Source of the DNA: Ruminococcus sp.
Lineage (GTDB): Bacteria > Bacillota > Clostridia > Oscillospirales > Acutalibacteraceae
NCBI GenBank assembly: GCA_045129995.1
Contig: JBGUOX010000048.1
Coordinates: 16,381 to 80,380 of the forward strand
DNA length: 64,000 nucleotides
Reading direction: 5' to 3'
In this document: one piece after another, positions 46,529 to 56,303 of the stretch
Layout of the letters: the number at the start of each line of letters is the position of its first letter
Numbering within the stretch: the first letter of the stretch is position 1
Position numbers and translations under genes: made by a program
The notes under the pieces: generated by a model
Database searches by the model: none
The model's input: the letters and a program-made list of their open reading frames with translations, nothing else
Told to the model about the DNA's origin: nothing

Positions 46529-47565
46529 TATTCGGGAAGGTATTCGTTTGTAAAGCCGGTGTTTTCGGGAACATTAGCCTCAAACAGCTTGTTTTCGTTT
46601 ATCCATTCATAAAACCTGTTCCATCTTTCGGGATCGATGTATCCCCAGCGATCAACATCAGCCTTGTATTCAGCTGCAAGCCAACGCTGGCTTTCTTTTA
46701 CCAAATCACCGTTTTCCAGCTCGGGAACCGCTTCCAGAAGAATATCGGCAGCGTCATCGGGATTCTCAATTGCATACTCGTAACCTCTTTTTGCTGCGGA
46801 AAGGAACGCTTTGGCAACGTCGGGGTTATCACTCATCCATTCTGTGTTGCCGATGATGACGGGTGTGTAGTAATCAAAGACGGGATTGATGTCCTTAAAA
46901 GCAAAGTAGTCCGTATCAAGTCCGGCAACGTCGGCGGCAACGCCTGCCCATCCGTAGAAGATCCAGATGGAATCTACCTGATTCGCCTGCAATGCGGAAA
47001 CCTCATCGGTGACGGTGGACGGGATAAGCTCGACCTTGCTGAAATCTCCGCCGTCGTCCTCGACAACCTGCTTGAGCGTCGCCTGTTCGATCGGCAGATC
47101 CCAGGTTGCGTAGCTGTGGCCTTCCATACCCTTTGGTCTGTCTATACCCTTGCCCTTCACGGAAATAATACCGGAGGTGTTGTGCTGGATCACTGCGGCT
47201 ACCGCAGCGACAGGCATTTTGTTGTCGCCGGCAACAGTGGGAAGCATACTGTCCTGAAATGAAATACCGAACTGCGCCTGATTTGTGCCGACCATCATTT
47301 CGGCGGTGTCCTCGCCGGGCTGGATGATCTCAACATCAAGACCGGCTTCATCGAAGTAGCCCTTCTTCTCAGCCACATAAAGTCCGGTATGATTTGTGTT
47401 TGGCGCCCAGTCAAGCACAAAGGTCACCTTGGCTTTTTCGCCGGCACTGTCCGAGGTGCTCTTGTTCGCTCCATCCTTATCCGCTGAGGAATTATTGTTA
47501 CCGCAGCCGACAGCCGCAAACGCGAGCATAGTTACAACTAAAATAATTGCTAATAATCTTTTCAT
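46528..47565 (-). CDS. ABC substrate-binding lipoprotein, NMT1/THI5 (ThiY-like)
   Basis: Lipobox AVGC, LDWAPNTNHTGLYVA, DYYTPV. Confidence 0.92.
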   Translation of the reverse strand: MKRLLAIILVVTMLAFAAVGCGNNNSSADKDGANKSTSDSAGEKAKVTFVLDWAPNTNHTGLYVAEKKGYFDEAGLDVEIIQPGEDTAEMMVGTNQAQFGISFQDSMLPTVAGDNKMPVAAVAAVIQHNTSGIISVKGKGIDRPKGMEGHSYATWDLPIEQATLKQVVEDDGGDFSKVELIPSTVTDEVSALQANQVDSIWIFYGWAGVAADVAGLDTDYFAFKDINPVFDYYTPVIIGNTEWMSDNPDVAKAFLSAAKRGYEYAIENPDDAADILLEAVPELENGDLVKESQRWLAAEYKADVDRWGYIDPERWNRFYEWINENKLFEANVPENTGFTNEYLPE

Positions 47566-48347
47566 AGTTTTCTCCTTACACGATTAATTTTTTCCCACGG
47601 CATACACCGCTTTCGGATGAATCCCGTGAGCCATATCAACAACAAGCTGATTACGGAAATCAGGATGATGACCGCGAACATCTTGTCATAAGCATACGCT
47701 TTACGCACACGCGTCATATAACATCCGAGACCTTCTGTGCCGCCCAGCCACTCCGCGAGCACTGCTCCGACAACGGCGTAGGAAACGGAAATTTTCAGGC
47801 TGGAAAAGAAGTGCCCCAGTGCGGCAGGCATTTTGACATAACGAAAGATCTGCATTCGTCCGGCGCCCATGGTGCGCATTAAATTTACGGTATCGACATC
47901 TACCGTGCTGTAGCCTTCCAAAAGGCTGATAGAGATCGGAAAGAACACTATCAGAATAATCAGCACGATTTTCGGCAGCATTTTATAGCCCATCCACAGC
48001 ACAAGCAAAGGCGCGATGGCAACGGTTGGAATGGTTTGGCTGATGATGATCAGCGGATAGAGCAGCTTTTCGACAACGTGAAAGCGATCCATAACAACCG
48101 CGGTCAAAAAGCCTGTCAAAATACCGAAAAACAAGCCGATAAAGGTTTCTGTCAGGGTGACACGCGCGTGCTTTAGCATCAGCTGCCAATCCTTTTCGAA
48201 CGCCTGCCACACCGCATTAGGCGAAGGCAGCATATATTTGGGCACGCTTCCCCACTCGCAGACCGCGTACCACGCAAACAGAATCAGCAGCAGCGCAGCG
48301 ATCGGCAGCAAAATGTTACTGATGGTGCTTCGTAACTTTTCGTTCAA
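47562..48347 (-). CDS. ABC permease (ThiX-like)
   Basis: LPSP, SQTIP, MGAGRMQIF (EAA loop), AEWLG. Confidence 0.92.
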   Translation of the reverse strand: MNEKLRSTISNILLPIAALLLILFAWYAVCEWGSVPKYMLPSPNAVWQAFEKDWQLMLKHARVTLTETFIGLFFGILTGFLTAVVMDRFHVVEKLLYPLIIISQTIPTVAIAPLLVLWMGYKMLPKIVLIILIVFFPISISLLEGYSTVDVDTVNLMRTMGAGRMQIFRYVKMPAALGHFFSSLKISVSYAVVGAVLAEWLGGTEGLGCYMTRVRKAYAYDKMFAVIILISVISLLLIWLTGFIRKRCMPWEKINRVRRKL

Positions 48348-48612
48348 TTGTAAGCACGTCTCCCTCCGGGCGGTAATCCACCTTGATATACGCCAAAACC
48401 GACGGCGCGCCAGCGCGGATGGCGATATGCTGACACTCCTTTACTATGTCCATCAGCTCGTCATAATCGCCCTCGATGGCGGTTTCAAAGGGACCGACAT
48501 AGCATTTTAAGCCGGTACTTTTGATATAGGCGATGACCTCGTCCACGATGCGGATAAGCTCCTCATCGTTTTTCGCCTCGGGCAGTGTTTGGATTGCGAC
48601 ACTTGCGTTCAT
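48316..48612 (-). CDS. Thiamine/HMP-binding protein (YkoF/MTH1187 family)
   Basis: VDEVIAYIKSTGL..VGPFETAIEG; first gene under the TPP riboswitch. Confidence 0.88.
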   Translation of the reverse strand: MNASVAIQTLPEAKNDEELIRIVDEVIAYIKSTGLKCYVGPFETAIEGDYDELMDIVKECQHIAIRAGAPSVLAYIKVDYRPEGDVLTIERKVTKHHQ

Positions 48613-48629
48613 AATTCATAACTCCTTTG

Positions 48630-48666
48630 AATAAAAATAAAAGCACTGCGGCAACGCAGTGCTTTT
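48630..48666 (-). terminator. Riboswitch expression-platform terminator
   Basis: Minus strand AAAAGCACTGCG-TTGC-CGCAGTGC then TTTTATTTTT, between the aptamer and the RBS. Confidence 0.8.
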
Positions 48667-48678
48667 GTAATCGAACAT

Positions 48679-48770
48679 AAAGCTGCCTACGTCGGTATGA
48701 ACCGCATCAGGTTAAAGGGTTAAGGCAACACAGCCTACTCTCAGCCCGTTTACACGGACCCCCCTGCTTT
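48679..48770 (-). ncRNA. TPP riboswitch
   Basis: Minus strand AAAGCAGGGGGG...GCTGAGAG...ACCC...ACCTGATGCGGTTCATACCGACGTAGGCAGCTTT; P1 AAAGC/GCTTT; upstream of thiamine-related genes. Confidence 0.95.
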
Positions 48771-48785
48771 GTTTTTCCGATATTC

Positions 48786-48814
48786 AGTTTACATCCGTAC
48801 AGCAAAAAAGTCAA
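48786..48814 (-). promoter_or_regulatory. sigma-A promoter of the TPP leader
   Basis: TTGACT-17 nt-TAAACT. Confidence 0.7.
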
Positions 48815-48819
48815 GAGAT

Positions 48820-49935
48820 TTATTTTAAAAACTGATAAATCTGACATTTTAATGTTCCGTTGTAGGTTTTGCGGCGCTTGTCAGCCTTGCGGCCGAACAG
48901 CTTTTCAAAGTCGTCATCGGGCGTGATTATGACATAGCGCTTGCCGGGAACGTGCCGGAAGCGCTCGCCCATCACCTTGTAAAGCGCCTCGGCAGACGGA
49001 ATGTCAAGCAAACGCTCGCCGTAAGGCGGATTGGTGATCACTGTGCAATAGCCATCGGGGAGGATGAAATCCTTTATATCGCGCTTTTGAAAGGTGATCC
49101 TGTCCCCTACGCCCGCCTTCTCCGCGTTCTGCACGGCTGTTTTCAAAGCCGATCCATCGATGTCAAAGCCCTCGGCGTGAAAAGCGCAGTCGCGGTTAAT
49201 TTTTTCACGGGCAGCCTTCCTTTCCTCTTCAAAGATACCGTCGGGAACACAGCTCCAACGCTCGGCGGCAAAATAACGGTTCAGTCCCGGCGCGATTTTC
49301 AGCGCTTTCATAGCGGCTTCAATCAAAATCGTGCCGCTGCCGCACATCGGATCGATCACAAAATGACCGGGCCGCACACCGGCAAGCTCTGCCATAGCGG
49401 CAGCAAGAGTTTCCTTTATCGGAGCGTCGTTTGCCTGCGCGCGGTAACCGCGCTTGTGCAGTCCCGCGCCGGAGGTGTCTATCATTATGCTGACGCGATC
49501 GTTCATTATCAAAAACTGAATTTGCCGCGGCGCGCCGGTTTCTTCAAACCACGAAAGCATATAACGCGAGGAAAGGCTGTCCGCCACAGCTTTTTTTATG
49601 ATCTTTTGGCAGTCCGGCACGCTCATAAGCTTGGAATTGAGGCAGCTGCCCTTAACCGGGAACGCGTCGCTCATACCGATGAAATCCGCCCACGGCAAGC
49701 GTTTTACGCCTTCAAACAGCTGTTCAAAGGTGACGGCGTTAAATTCGCCAAGCAAGATCAAAATGCGTTCGGCATAGCGCGCTTGGATATTGGCACGCGC
49801 CATCGCGGAAAAATCGCCGTCAAACAATACTCTTCCGTTTTCGGCACGGACGTTTTCCATTCCGAGAAAGCGCAGCTCGTTAGCGCACAAGCCCTCCAAG
49901 CCGAAAATACACGGTGCGCTGAATGTTAGTTTCAT
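48820..49935 (-). CDS. THUMP-domain rRNA methyltransferase (RlmL/YpsC-like)
   Basis: GLHKRGYR, APIKETLAAA, DPMCGSGTILIEAA, TNPPYGER. Confidence 0.92.
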   Translation of the reverse strand: MKLTFSAPCIFGLEGLCANELRFLGMENVRAENGRVLFDGDFSAMARANIQARYAERILILLGEFNAVTFEQLFEGVKRLPWADFIGMSDAFPVKGSCLNSKLMSVPDCQKIIKKAVADSLSSRYMLSWFEETGAPRQIQFLIMNDRVSIMIDTSGAGLHKRGYRAQANDAPIKETLAAAMAELAGVRPGHFVIDPMCGSGTILIEAAMKALKIAPGLNRYFAAERWSCVPDGIFEEERKAAREKINRDCAFHAEGFDIDGSALKTAVQNAEKAGVGDRITFQKRDIKDFILPDGYCTVITNPPYGERLLDIPSAEALYKVMGERFRHVPGKRYVIITPDDDFEKLFGRKADKRRKTYNGTLKCQIYQFLK

Positions 49936-49970
49936 AGATCCTCCCTTGCGGAATACGCGGTTTTTTGTAA

Positions 49971-50001
49971 AGAAAAAGGGTATCGAAAACCGATACCCTT
50001 T
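49971..50001 (-). terminator. Terminator after hpf
   Basis: AAAGGGTATCG...CGATACCCTTT. Confidence 0.7.
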
Positions 50002-50007
50002 GAATAA

Positions 50008-50544
50008 TTATTCTGTGGTGGGCTCCAGCACACCGTAGTTGCCGTCGGCGCGCTTATAAACAACGTTCATCTCGTCGGTTTCGGCGTTGATGAACATAAA
50101 GAAATCGTGATTGACCATATTCATCTCAAGAATGGCTTCCTCGACGTTGATGGGCTTTACCAGGATCTGCTTTTTGCGGACGACCTGATACTCGTCCTCA
50201 GGCTCTTCCTCCGTCGGAAGCTCCGCTGTGATCTCATCAAGAGATCCTCCGTTTTTGATGCGTTTTTCAAGCCGCGTTTTGTTTTTGCGGATTTGGCGCA
50301 TCAGGATGTCAATGACGCGGTCGAGCGCGTCGTTCATCTCAGTCATAGTGCTTTCGGCGCGGTAGACCATTCTGTTGTCGCGGATGGTGATCTCCACCGT
50401 TTGGCGGTTCTTCTCCAGCGTGACAACAACAAAGGCTTGGGCGTCGTCTGAAAAAAGTTTTTTGAATTTGGCGAGCTTTTTTTCAACCCGATCCTTAAAA
50501 TTATCTCTCAGAGTCACTTTTCTTGCTGTGTAAGTAATCTTCAT
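50008..50544 (-). CDS. hpf: Ribosome hibernation promoting factor (long form)
   Basis: RQIRKNKTRL and C-terminal EEAILEM..VNHDFFMF...VVYKRADGNYG. Confidence 0.95.
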   Translation of the reverse strand: MKITYTARKVTLRDNFKDRVEKKLAKFKKLFSDDAQAFVVVTLEKNRQTVEITIRDNRMVYRAESTMTEMNDALDRVIDILMRQIRKNKTRLEKRIKNGGSLDEITAELPTEEEPEDEYQVVRKKQILVKPINVEEAILEMNMVNHDFFMFINAETDEMNVVYKRADGNYGVLEPTTE

Positions 50545-50613
50545 AATTGTCCTCCTTTGAGTAATTATTTCAAGGCGCCGTCTTTCGGCGCCGCAATTTT
50601 CAAACGTATATGC

Positions 50614-51090
50614 TCAGCGTCTGCCGTTGCCGTTTCCGCGGCGGCTGTAGCCGCGGCTTTCTCCGCGCTTAAGATCGGACATTTTGTCTTCGCTTGTCTG
50701 CTTGAAGCGAGACATCATATCTTCAAATGTCGAAGGCGACGCCTTGCGCGAGCTTTGCCACTCGTAGTCGCCCGGTGAAGTGACCGGCGGCGCCGGCTTG
50801 TAGGGCTGGCGGTTGTTCGGGCGCGGCGGCTGCTTTGGCTGACGCTTTTGCTGCTCCTTGGGCATTGCCTGCTTCATAGACAGACTGATTTTTCCGTCAT
50901 TGACAGCAAGCACCTTTACCTTGACCGTTTGACCTACCTTTACATAATCGCTGATTTCCGAAATGAAGGTCGGCGCGACCTCCGAAATGTGGACCATACC
51001 GGTTTTGTTGTCGGGCAAATCCACAAACGCGCCGAACTTGGTGATTCCTGAAACCTTTCCTTCTAAAATAACTCCGACCTCAATTGCCAT
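50614..51090 (-). CDS. S1 RNA-binding protein (YabR-like)
   Basis: GKVSGITKFGAFV, GMVHISEV, ISLSMK, FEDMMSRFKQTSEDKMSDLK. Confidence 0.92.
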   Translation of the reverse strand: MAIEVGVILEGKVSGITKFGAFVDLPDNKTGMVHISEVAPTFISEISDYVKVGQTVKVKVLAVNDGKISLSMKQAMPKEQQKRQPKQPPRPNNRQPYKPAPPVTSPGDYEWQSSRKASPSTFEDMMSRFKQTSEDKMSDLKRGESRGYSRRGNGNGRR

Positions 51091-51146
51091 AAAAAATACT
51101 AACCCCTTGCACCCTTTCGGGTTGTTCCTTTCGCCGTAAAAATATT

Positions 51147-51518
51147 TTATTCGTTAATAAAATAACGTTCGCCCTCGCCGACGTAGCCAAGATCCTCTTT
51201 GGCACGCTTTTCCATATACTCGTCGCGTTCCTTACCTGTCAGGTTATAGACCTTGTCGAGATATTTGGATTCTATTTCAACAACATTGATATGCTGCTGC
51301 AATTCACTCAGCTCCGCTTTTTTTTCGGCGATTTTAACGCTTTGATTAATGATGGTGATAACGGCATAAAAAACGAATCCGATTGCCGCAAGGTAAAGCA
51401 GCACATAACGCATGGTGTGCTTTTTGCGGGGCTTTTCAAGCTCCTTGAGGCCGTCCTGAGCCGATTCATCTGCGGCTTTTGTTTTTTCCCGCTTGGTATT
51501 TGGCTTTCTTAACTTCAT
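51147..51518 (-). CDS. divIC: Septum formation initiator (DivIC/FtsB)
   Basis: TM segment, coiled coil, EKRAKEDLGYV-x-x-GER; synteny after yabQ. Confidence 0.85.
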   Translation of the reverse strand: MKLRKPNTKREKTKAADESAQDGLKELEKPRKKHTMRYVLLYLAAIGFVFYAVITIINQSVKIAEKKAELSELQQHINVVEIESKYLDKVYNLTGKERDEYMEKRAKEDLGYVGEGERYFINE

Positions 51519-51987
51519 GCTTTTTCCTTTTTCCCGAATTTGTAGTGGTGATTTTTCTTTGCCTTATGAATCGTTCTTTTTTACTGCTTATATTATACAA
51601 TATTTGGTGGACAATTTTCAATAGGTAATTTGCAAATATTTTAAGTTTTCTGCAAAATTTGTGAAGGATTGCCTTAAATAAACAAAGAAGCGGACTGTAT
51701 ACGGCAAACATTACCCGACCGATCGTCAGTCTGACAGGCAAAAAACCTGCAAAGCTGCCCAGGAACACATAAAAACGAACATATCCGCGCAAATATGCAA
51801 GCGAAAAAAAGAATACCGACATTGCCCACAACTGCATAAACAAAAAATCCAAAACAACTACGGCGATCTTTCCGAGAGAAAAAGCGAAGCGGCAAAATTT
51901 CATCAATCCGTAAACCGCCGCAAGCGCTGCTCCCAAAACCAGAGAATACAAAAAGGCAACGGTTTGCTGCGCAAAGCTTAGCTCCAT
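51466..51987 (-). CDS. yabQ: Spore cortex biosynthesis protein YabQ
   Basis: Hydrophobic N-terminus with LDFLF and GYVRFY; follows yabP. Confidence 0.85.
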   Translation of the reverse strand: MELSFAQQTVAFLYSLVLGAALAAVYGLMKFCRFAFSLGKIAVVVLDFLFMQLWAMSVFFFSLAYLRGYVRFYVFLGSFAGFLPVRLTIGRVMFAVYSPLLCLFKAILHKFCRKLKIFANYLLKIVHQILYNISSKKERFIRQRKITTTNSGKRKKHEVKKAKYQAGKNKSRR

Positions 51988-51998
51988 AACGCTGCCCT

Positions 51999-52271
51999 TC
52001 AGCGAAACAGCTTTGAAAACCGCGACCGTGATTCGCCGCTTCCGATGTACTGCATCGAATTAATTGTGCCTTCCACGGTTACATCGCCTGTTTCGAGATT
52101 AAGCTTGTCGATGTGCAGGTTGGTTCCTTTGATTATCAAAACACCTGCGGCGGTTTTAATTGATACTGTTTCTTCATTAAAGCCGCTGACGTCTTCGGCT
52201 CCTGTGACAGAAAGACGCTTTCGGTTTTCAAGTACCAGCGAGTGCTTTTTGTTAATGGGTGTTTCGGGCAT
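51999..52271 (-). CDS. yabP: Sporulation protein YabP
   Basis: HSLVLENRKRLSVTG..DV..F.E, L.IKG..LHI.KLNL. Confidence 0.93.
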   Translation of the reverse strand: MPETPINKKHSLVLENRKRLSVTGAEDVSGFNEETVSIKTAAGVLIIKGTNLHIDKLNLETGDVTVEGTINSMQYIGSGESRSRFSKLFR

Positions 52272-52305
52272 AAAACATTCCTCCGTATTTTTATTTGTAC
52301 GATAA

Positions 52306-52334
52306 AATATACGGAGAAAGCATTAAAAATATTC
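52306..52334 (-). promoter_or_regulatory. Putative sigma-E promoter for yabPQ
   Basis: GAATA-16 nt-CGTATATT; yabPQ is sigma-E dependent in B. subtilis. Confidence 0.45.
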
Positions 52335-52338
52335 TGTT

Positions 52339-52581
52339 CTATACCACTGCTTCGTACATAGTCGACGCTTCTTCCTTGCGCACGACCTCCTTAACGGAAG
52401 TCACACGCACCTTAACGGAACGCGCGCCGAGAGTGATTTCAATTTGGTCGCCTTCTTTGACGTCATAGGACGCGCGGGCGATTTTACCGTTAACGGCGAC
52501 CTTTCCGGCGTCGCAGGCTTCATTTGCAACCGTGCGGCGCTTGATAAGGCGTGACACCTTTAGATATTTATCAAGTCGCAT
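52339..52581 (-). CDS. yabO: S4 RNA-binding protein YabO/RqcP
   Basis: MRLDKYLKVSRLIKRRTVANEAC. Confidence 0.93.
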   Translation of the reverse strand: MRLDKYLKVSRLIKRRTVANEACDAGKVAVNGKIARASYDVKEGDQIEITLGARSVKVRVTSVKEVVRKEEASTMYEAVV

Positions 52582-52599
52582 ATATCCTCCTGAAAAGAG

Positions 52600-52625
52600 A
52601 AAAGAGCCGTTTATGCGGCTCTTTT
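52600..52625 (-). terminator. Terminator after hup
   Basis: AAAAGAGCCG...CGGCTCTTTT. Confidence 0.7.
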
Positions 52626-52638
52626 CATATCGGCATAA

Positions 52639-52914
52639 TTACTTGTTTACGATGTCCTTGAACGCCTTGCCTGCCTTGAAAGCAGGAACCTTGGAAGCAG
52701 GGATGTCGATAGAATTACCGGTTCTGGGATCAACACCGGTTCTTGCGTTTCTCTGACGCTGCTCGAATGTACCGAAGCCGGTCAGCTGAATCTTGTCGCC
52801 TGCAGCAACTGCCTCAACGATAGTATCGAGAGCAGCGTTAAGAGCCTTTTCTGCGTCTTTCTTGGAAAGACCGGTTTTTTCTTTGATTGCATCAATTAAA
52901 TCTGTTTTTTTCAT
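52639..52914 (-). CDS. hup: DNA-binding protein HU
   Basis: GFGTF, R-x-ARTG-x-x-P-x-TG, PAFKAGKAFK. Confidence 0.97.
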   Translation of the reverse strand: MKKTDLIDAIKEKTGLSKKDAEKALNAALDTIVEAVAAGDKIQLTGFGTFEQRQRNARTGVDPRTGNSIDIPASKVPAFKAGKAFKDIVNK

Positions 52915-53735
52915 CTTGAAAAACCTCCATAATATTTTTCCTTTTGATTTATCTTAACTTCCTCCCAAAGGGAATCAAGCTGTGATAACGTAGCTTCTTT
53001 CATGTCGATGCCTCGCTCGTTGGCAAGCTGCTCGACCATTGAAAAACGATTGATGTACTTGTCGGTAGCGTCGGAAAGCGCCTTTTCGCTGTCGATGCCG
53101 AGAAAACGGGAAATATTGACTGCCGAGAACAGCAGATCGCCGAGCTCTTCGCTTTGGTTCTCAGTGCTGCCGTGGGTAATGGCGACCTTCAGCTCGCTGT
53201 ACTCCTCATAGAGCTTTTCGAGCGCGCCGTCAACCGAATCCCAGTCGAACCCGACCTTTGCGGATTTGCGCTGTACCTTTTCACTGCGCATCAGCGATGG
53301 CAATGCGCGCGAAACGCTTTTCATTGCCTCGGTCTGGCTTTTTTGCTGCTTGGTCTGCATTTTGACCGCGTCCCAGTTTTGCAGCGCCTGTTTTTCGTTT
53401 TCGGCGTTCTTGTCACCGAACACGTGCGGATGACGTATGATAAGCTTTTTGCAGATCCCGTCGCACACGTCGTTCATATCGAAGGCGCCGGTCTCGCGTT
53501 CCATTTCGGCGTGGAGCGCCACCTGCAAAAGCACGTCGCCAAGCTCTTCCTTTAGCAGTTCCTTGTCGTCCGTGTCGATGGCTTCGATCGCCTCGTAGGT
53601 TTCCTCGATAAAGTTGGATCGAATAGACTTGTGCGTTTGTGCCATGTCCCAAGGGCAACCGCCCGGTGCTCGCAAGATCCTGACGATTTCAACAAGGTCG
53701 TTGAAATCATACTGTTCCTTTTGCGGATATTCCAT
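52911..53735 (-). CDS. mazG: Nucleoside triphosphate pyrophosphohydrolase MazG
   Basis: LRAPGGCPWD..QTH, EELGDVLLQ, RHPHVF, GFDW; AAGGA RBS before ATG 53735. Confidence 0.95.
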   Translation of the reverse strand: MEYPQKEQYDFNDLVEIVRILRAPGGCPWDMAQTHKSIRSNFIEETYEAIEAIDTDDKELLKEELGDVLLQVALHAEMERETGAFDMNDVCDGICKKLIIRHPHVFGDKNAENEKQALQNWDAVKMQTKQQKSQTEAMKSVSRALPSLMRSEKVQRKSAKVGFDWDSVDGALEKLYEEYSELKVAITHGSTENQSEELGDLLFSAVNISRFLGIDSEKALSDATDKYINRFSMVEQLANERGIDMKEATLSQLDSLWEEVKINQKEKYYGGFSR

Positions 53736-53825
53736 TTGACTCTTCCTTTGCTTTAGGTTATCCCGCATTCGGCAGGATCGCTCCAAAAAAGATGCTGCGC
53801 AAAAATGCGCTACCAGTACTCTATT

Positions 53826-55640
53826 TTACCCAATTAAATGCATTTTTTCAAGTGTTTTTGCGATTTTTTCGCCTTTTGGAAGAAATTTGATTTCTTCTGC
53901 GCTAAACGTGCGAATTATTAGTAAAACTGCCATATAAACAACCACTGCAACGATGATTGCGGCGATGGCTGCCGGTCTTCCGGGGATAAAAAGCTCAAAC
54001 AGGCGGTGAGAGAAGAATGCTGCCGCCGAGCTGCAAAGCGCTCCGATCAAGGGTTTTACTGTTGTGCTGAAGAAGTCCGGAACAACGCCGCTGTACTTAA
54101 TGAGCAGGTACATTCCGATGGCGCATATCAGCGCGTATGAGATCATAGAGCCTGCCGTTGCGCCCTGAATGTTGATTGCGGGAATACTGACGAAAATCCA
54201 CGAGGTACCGATTTTGACCACCATGCAGATGATATAGAGGATCATTGGGATCTTCACCTTGCCGATACCGTTGATCATAGAACAAATCGGAGTGATGATA
54301 GCGGTGAAGATGGTGGTGATACCCATTACGCTGAGAACATTTCCGCCGATTTCGAAGATAGCCGGGCTTCTGCCGTAAACAAGTCCCATTATCGGATGAG
54401 CCAGAACGATAAGTCCGAACGCCATGGGAAGCGTAAACATCATTGTCATTTTCAGCACGGTGTTGATCGACTGCCTAAGCTCGCGCTTGTCGCCCTTTGT
54501 CCACGCGCTGGTTACATTGGGCATCGCAGATGAACCGAACACCTGGGTGACAGCCGTGACAAGCTGCATCAGCGTTAAGGCGTTGGAATAGCAGCCCCAC
54601 AGATTGGTGTGGATGGTGATGTCTTTGCCGTGGAAGGCTTCCGGAGAGAAGAATCTGAGGTACTGATCCATCAAATCATGCTCGTGGGTATGCGCGAGAT
54701 TCAACAGCACGTTCTGTATGATGACACCATCGATCCATGAGCCAAGACTCATAACAAGCGCGCCGCCTGCAATGGGCAGGGCGGTTTTGATGATCATCAT
54801 AAAGGTCTCGCGTTTTTCGCGCGCGTCGATGGAGCTTTTGTAGTACTCCTCGGGAATACCGTCGCCTTGAATGCGGAACTTTAGGAAGTAGTAAAGCCAC
54901 GAGAGCATACTGCTCAGCGAAATTCCGATGATCGCACCGGAAACCGACATTGCAAGGATCGAAAGCTGCGCTTCCTTTTGGCTGTGAAACTGCATCCACA
55001 AAAAGGAATGAGTCGCCTCATTGGATTTTAATCCCCACCAAAGGATGAAATAAGCCAGCGCCGAACCTACGACCAGCTTGACAACCGCTTCGATGATCTC
55101 GGAAACCGCTGTCGGGAACATATTTCGCTGCCCCTCGTAATAGCCTCGGTAGGCAGACGCCAGACAGCCAAAAAAGACTGTGGGCGCAAGGCACATCATT
55201 CCATAGACAGTGTAAGGCGAATGAATGACAAACCGCGTGTAAGGTATTGCGGCGCCAAACACAATAGCAAAGCATACCAGTCCCATCAGAGTGAAGAAAG
55301 GCACCGAGATTTTGTGAATGAGCCGCACATCCTTATAGCGCTTCTGCGTCATATTCTGAGATACCAGCCGCGAGATAGCAATTGGCAAACCGCCGGTGGC
55401 AACAGTAAAAATAACAACAAACAGCTCGTAAGCGTTGGCATAAAGTCCCATACCGAACGACGCCATATCTTCCTCGACACCGCATTCGGTAAAGATCCCG
55501 GTCAGAACGATCTTGTTGAGCAGACCGAACACCTTTACTATCACCATGCTGACAGTCAGGATTGCAGCGCCCTTTACAAATGAGCTGGAAGCGTTTTGTT
55601 CAAAGTTTTTTACCGCGTTATATTTTTTTATCAAATGCAA
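53826..55640 (-). CDS. MOP-family flippase (YabM/SpoVB/MurJ-like)
   Basis: FVKGAAIL, GGLPIAISRLVS, RGYYEG, PTAVSEIIE; about 14 TM segments; synteny upstream of mazG; start may be TTG 55634. Confidence 0.9.
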   Translation of the reverse strand: MHLIKKYNAVKNFEQNASSSFVKGAAILTVSMVIVKVFGLLNKIVLTGIFTECGVEEDMASFGMGLYANAYELFVVIFTVATGGLPIAISRLVSQNMTQKRYKDVRLIHKISVPFFTLMGLVCFAIVFGAAIPYTRFVIHSPYTVYGMMCLAPTVFFGCLASAYRGYYEGQRNMFPTAVSEIIEAVVKLVVGSALAYFILWWGLKSNEATHSFLWMQFHSQKEAQLSILAMSVSGAIIGISLSSMLSWLYYFLKFRIQGDGIPEEYYKSSIDAREKRETFMMIIKTALPIAGGALVMSLGSWIDGVIIQNVLLNLAHTHEHDLMDQYLRFFSPEAFHGKDITIHTNLWGCYSNALTLMQLVTAVTQVFGSSAMPNVTSAWTKGDKRELRQSINTVLKMTMMFTLPMAFGLIVLAHPIMGLVYGRSPAIFEIGGNVLSVMGITTIFTAIITPICSMINGIGKVKIPMILYIICMVVKIGTSWIFVSIPAINIQGATAGSMISYALICAIGMYLLIKYSGVVPDFFSTTVKPLIGALCSSAAAFFSHRLFELFIPGRPAAIAAIIVAVVVYMAVLLIIRTFSAEEIKFLPKGEKIAKTLEKMHLIG

Positions 55641-55670
55641 TCACCTGTAAAACTATTGATAAACGTTACT

Positions 55671-55698
55671 GTAGGGGCGCCAAAACTGCCGCCCCTAC
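55671..55698. repeat. GTAG-type REP-like palindrome / stem-loop
   Basis: GTAGGGGCG-10 nt-CGCCCCTAC. Confidence 0.5.
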
Positions 55699-55728
55699 GG
55701 AAAATACTGTAAAATTTCAGTCAACAGA

Positions 55729-56244
55729 TCACTCTGCGTCAGCCTCAGCGTCAGCGGCGATCTCTTCCACTGCGTCCTGAGCAGCTTCTACGATCTCGTC
55801 CGCCTTTTCAGCGATAACGATGCTCTCCTCGGCTGCCTCGTCAGCAGGTTCCTCAACGATCTCTTCTACAGGCTCCTCGAACTTGTGACCGCAAATGTTG
55901 CAGAACGCGCTCTGCTTTGTTACCTTGTTGTCGCATTCGGGGCAGATCTTCTGATTTTTGATGTCGGCGATATGAGCGTTGATGATAGCCAGGTTTTCCT
56001 TAAGCTCGGTGATCTCCTCAACCACCTTTGCGATCTCTTCAGCCAAATCAACGTCCTGAGTAGTTGCCTTATAGGTAAGCTTGCCGAGTTCAATGAGTTT
56101 TTTTCCGATGGAACGCTTGATTGTCTCTGCGGAAATCTTGTGCTTGGAAGCATCGTAAATCTGAGCAGCCTTTTGAGAAACAACAGCAGCCGCTGCCTTT
56201 GCGTTTTCTTTAACGTCATCAATGATGTTGTCAAAATTCTTCAT
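55729..56244 (-). CDS. Coiled-coil plus zinc-ribbon protein with acidic tail
   Basis: CPEC-x10-CNICG; E/A/D-rich C-terminus. Confidence 0.8.
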   Translation of the reverse strand: MKNFDNIIDDVKENAKAAAAVVSQKAAQIYDASKHKISAETIKRSIGKKLIELGKLTYKATTQDVDLAEEIAKVVEEITELKENLAIINAHIADIKNQKICPECDNKVTKQSAFCNICGHKFEEPVEEIVEEPADEAAEESIVIAEKADEIVEAAQDAVEEIAADAEADAE

Positions 56245-56303
56245 GGGTAATCAAATCCTTTCTGATCAATAAGCGCTAACGCCCTTTTGTTATTGGTATT
56301 ATA

